Origin: Nitrospirota bacterium
Lineage (GTDB): Bacteria; Nitrospirota; UBA9217
Assembly: GCA_963840455.1 (NCBI GenBank)
Contig: CAWIYV010000011.1
Coordinates: 96,001-160,000 of the forward strand
DNA length: 64,000 nucleotides
Direction of reading: 5' to 3'
Positions 62,155-64,000 of this stretch are shown one piece after another (positions within the stretch are counted from its first letter, which is position 1; each line of letters begins with the position of its first letter). A program made the translations under genes and the position numbers. The notes under the pieces are model-generated. The model was not told the origin of the DNA. It ran no database searches and was given only the letters and a program-made list of their open reading frames with translations.

Positions 62155-63446
62155 GGCATCTTGATCCACTGCGGAGAAGACTCCGCGCCGTTCACGAAAA
62201 TCCGCAGCGGATAATTTTTACCCGGCTCCAGCGTGGTCGGCAGCTGCACGGTGATCTGGGACGTGGAATCGATTGTGAACTCGCCGCTTGCGAGCGGCCC
62301 GCCAGAGGAGAGCGCCAGTCTTATCTGCCCCACATATACCTGCACGCCCCCCGTGGGAATGTCTGCGTGCCGGAAGAGATATCCGGTTATGACGACCTTA
62401 TGGACAGCATCGGGTGGAGCAACAGAATCAATCCGCGGAGTAATGGTGAAAGGGCAAGCGTTGGATCGATGTTCGATATCCTGCGTCCCCGATGGTGTGG
62501 CCAGTTTTCTGGTGACTTTTGCAATTACAGCGTATACTCCTGGAATCACATCGTTTCCGTTGGCCTTTTCCTGTGCCACGGACGAAAGCTCGATGGCTGT
62601 TGCAGCAAGGCTCCATGAAGCGGTAACGTCAACCGGATCGCTCCAGCGCTGATGACACAGCAATAAAGACGTCCGCTCGCCGGTAAAGCCTGCACCTTTA
62701 AATTTGATCCTGCTCTTTTCGATTGCCGGGTCGTTAGGTGGCAATCCTGTTTTTACAGAAGGCGCCTGGGCGGGTTGAAGCGTCAGGTTTTGTGTTGCTA
62801 ATGTGCCTGGTATTAGGAAGGACATAGTGCTTTGACTGCTGTCTATCCTCGGAGCCCCGTTGACAAAGGTCTGAATCCCGTATGCCAAGACTCGGCCAGC
62901 CCGGGATTTCGACTCCTCCGGCTCAAGCAGAGCGACAGAAACCTGGTAATAGGCGGCAAGACGGAGGGGCGATGATCCGGCTGTCCAGTAGCTCACGGCA
63001 TCATGGTGTGCAACAGGCTGAAGCACGATCCGCAGACGGTTATTATCCCCTTGGAGGTCCGCGGGATAAATGCTCGTTCCGTCAATCGCTGTTGCATCGT
63101 CTATGATCGGATAATCGCGAAGGGCCTTAATAGCAATGCCCATCATCTGCTGTTCAAGAAGACTGTCTTCAGAAGTGCTGCGAGCGGTAAGCTGGTAAAA
63201 GAGATTCAGCCCCATGGGCGTATAACGGACGGGTGGTGTGTCGTTGCCTAGTGCAGGCAGATTTTTGTAATGCGCATCCTCTGCTATGTGATAGAGATAC
63301 AGGCCGATGGAGTCGCCGGTCAGCAGGTTCGGCGGCTGGGGTGAAACAGTAGGAGCAGTAGCACCCCATGCCGGCGATGCTCTGAAATATTCCGAGATCA
63401 GTGTGGTGAGCGCCTGGGTCACCAGGCTGATATTCAGCAATGCCAT
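62151..63446 (-). CDS. DUF4255 / Afp16-Pvc16-like tail terminator with C-terminal IPT-like domains
   Basis: IGLYLYHIAED, PMGLNLFYQLT, LRLAAYYQVSVALL, YPLRIFVNGAES. Confidence 0.88.
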   Translation of the reverse strand: MALLNISLVTQALTTLISEYFRASPAWGATAPTVSPQPPNLLTGDSIGLYLYHIAEDAHYKNLPALGNDTPPVRYTPMGLNLFYQLTARSTSEDSLLEQQMMGIAIKALRDYPIIDDATAIDGTSIYPADLQGDNNRLRIVLQPVAHHDAVSYWTAGSSPLRLAAYYQVSVALLEPEESKSRAGRVLAYGIQTFVNGAPRIDSSQSTMSFLIPGTLATQNLTLQPAQAPSVKTGLPPNDPAIEKSRIKFKGAGFTGERTSLLLCHQRWSDPVDVTASWSLAATAIELSSVAQEKANGNDVIPGVYAVIAKVTRKLATPSGTQDIEHRSNACPFTITPRIDSVAPPDAVHKVVITGYLFRHADIPTGGVQVYVGQIRLALSSGGPLASGEFTIDSTSQITVQLPTTLEPGKNYPLRIFVNGAESSPQWIKMP

Positions 63447-63448
63447 GG

Positions 63449-64000
63449 CTACATTTGCCCCAGACCGAAACGCAGAGGAGAACGTAATCGGCCTTTCTGA
63501 TCAGATGGTTCCGTTTTTGTCATCGACGATCCATCATGTCCATGCCGCCGTTCATGCCGCGGTGACGGCGCTTGTGCAACGACCTCAACCTTCATCTGCT
63601 CGATAATAAGCTTGTTTGTTGCCTTTACTTCCTCTCGCGTGATTGACTGGTGCCGCGTCGTCTCTTGCAGAGCCACCGGTGACAGTGTCGGCACGATCTC
63701 GGTCACTATGCTAATCGATCTGTCTGCATTGTCACGGTCATCGAGCGATCTCCTGGTTTCCTGTGTGTCCTGGGTTGACTTTTCCAGTGTTCGCTGTGTA
63801 ACTTCTTCATGCTCGTTGAAGCTATGTTTCTGAATCAAGTTTGATTTATCATAATCAAAACCCTTTAATTGCTGGAATGTTCGAACTTCTGGAGGTGTTG
63901 TATCTTTTCGCTCGATATTTCCAACGGATGTGTTTACCTGGATAGTATTCATTCTGTCGAGTACCACTGCCGGGGAATCCGACACCTTCTCATGGGATAC
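63449..64000 (-). CDS. Low-complexity hypothetical eCIS protein, C-terminal part (frame open to the window edge)
   Basis: No stop between 63985 and 64000; LIIEQMKVEVV and terminal RFGLGQM; abuts DUF4255. Confidence 0.7.
   Translation of the reverse strand, partial: VSHEKVSDSPAVVLDRMNTIQVNTSVGNIERKDTTPPEVRTFQQLKGFDYDKSNLIQKHSFNEHEEVTQRTLEKSTQDTQETRRSLDDRDNADRSISIVTEIVPTLSPVALQETTRHQSITREEVKATNKLIIEQMKVEVVAQAPSPRHERRHGHDGSSMTKTEPSDQKGRLRSPLRFGLGQM

Larger units (their letters stand above)
37726..64000 (-). other. Extracellular contractile injection system (eCIS) gene cluster, 3' part
   Basis: Co-oriented Afp16, Afp15, DUF4157, Afp7, gp27, gp5, gp25, 2x baseplate J, tail protein, DUF6519; no capsid, terminase or T6SS membrane-complex genes in the window. 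Confidence 0.93.

Noticed and set aside
37726-64000. Prophage or T6SS interpretation of the tail-like genes
   Set aside because: No capsid, portal, terminase, integrase, TssJLM or ClpV genes in the window; Afp15, DUF4255 and DUF4157 point to eCIS

Overview
GC-rich bacterial window; the gene content suggests an anaerobic Nitrospirota- or Deltaproteobacteria-like organism (inference). Bases 1-37.4 kb are mostly core and accessory metabolism: two-component and sigma54-type regulators, a split Rieske/cytochrome b operon, a beta-propeller surface lipoprotein, ppnP, ettA, a histone deacetylase-family enzyme, a Tat-exported IorAB-type molybdenum hydroxylase with xdhC/mocA, a heme-c sensor kinase with a PhnD-like partner, a c7 triheme cytochrome and a TetR-led TolC/RND/MacAB efflux operon. 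This part also has several pseudogenes and a dispersed hairpin repeat family. Bases ~37.7-64 kb (all minus strand, continuing past the right edge) form an extracellular contractile injection system (eCIS; Afp/PVC-like): DUF4255 terminator, AAA+ ATPase, split Afp7, split hub/spike, gp25, two baseplate J proteins, tail protein and DUF6519 fibre. Sheath and tube genes are not in the window. The best leads are the cargo genes. A DUF4157 protein ends in an HAE/CxxC deaminase toxin. A LysM/M15 peptidoglycan peptidase shares a gapless 48-aa N-terminal leader with that toxin but lacks DUF4157, making the leader a candidate loading signal. A Nal1-type serine protease is followed by a free-standing copy of its own N-terminal domain, a candidate inhibitor. 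The spike carries an HxH tip and no PAAR gene is visible. All family calls come from reading motifs by eye; no database searches were run.
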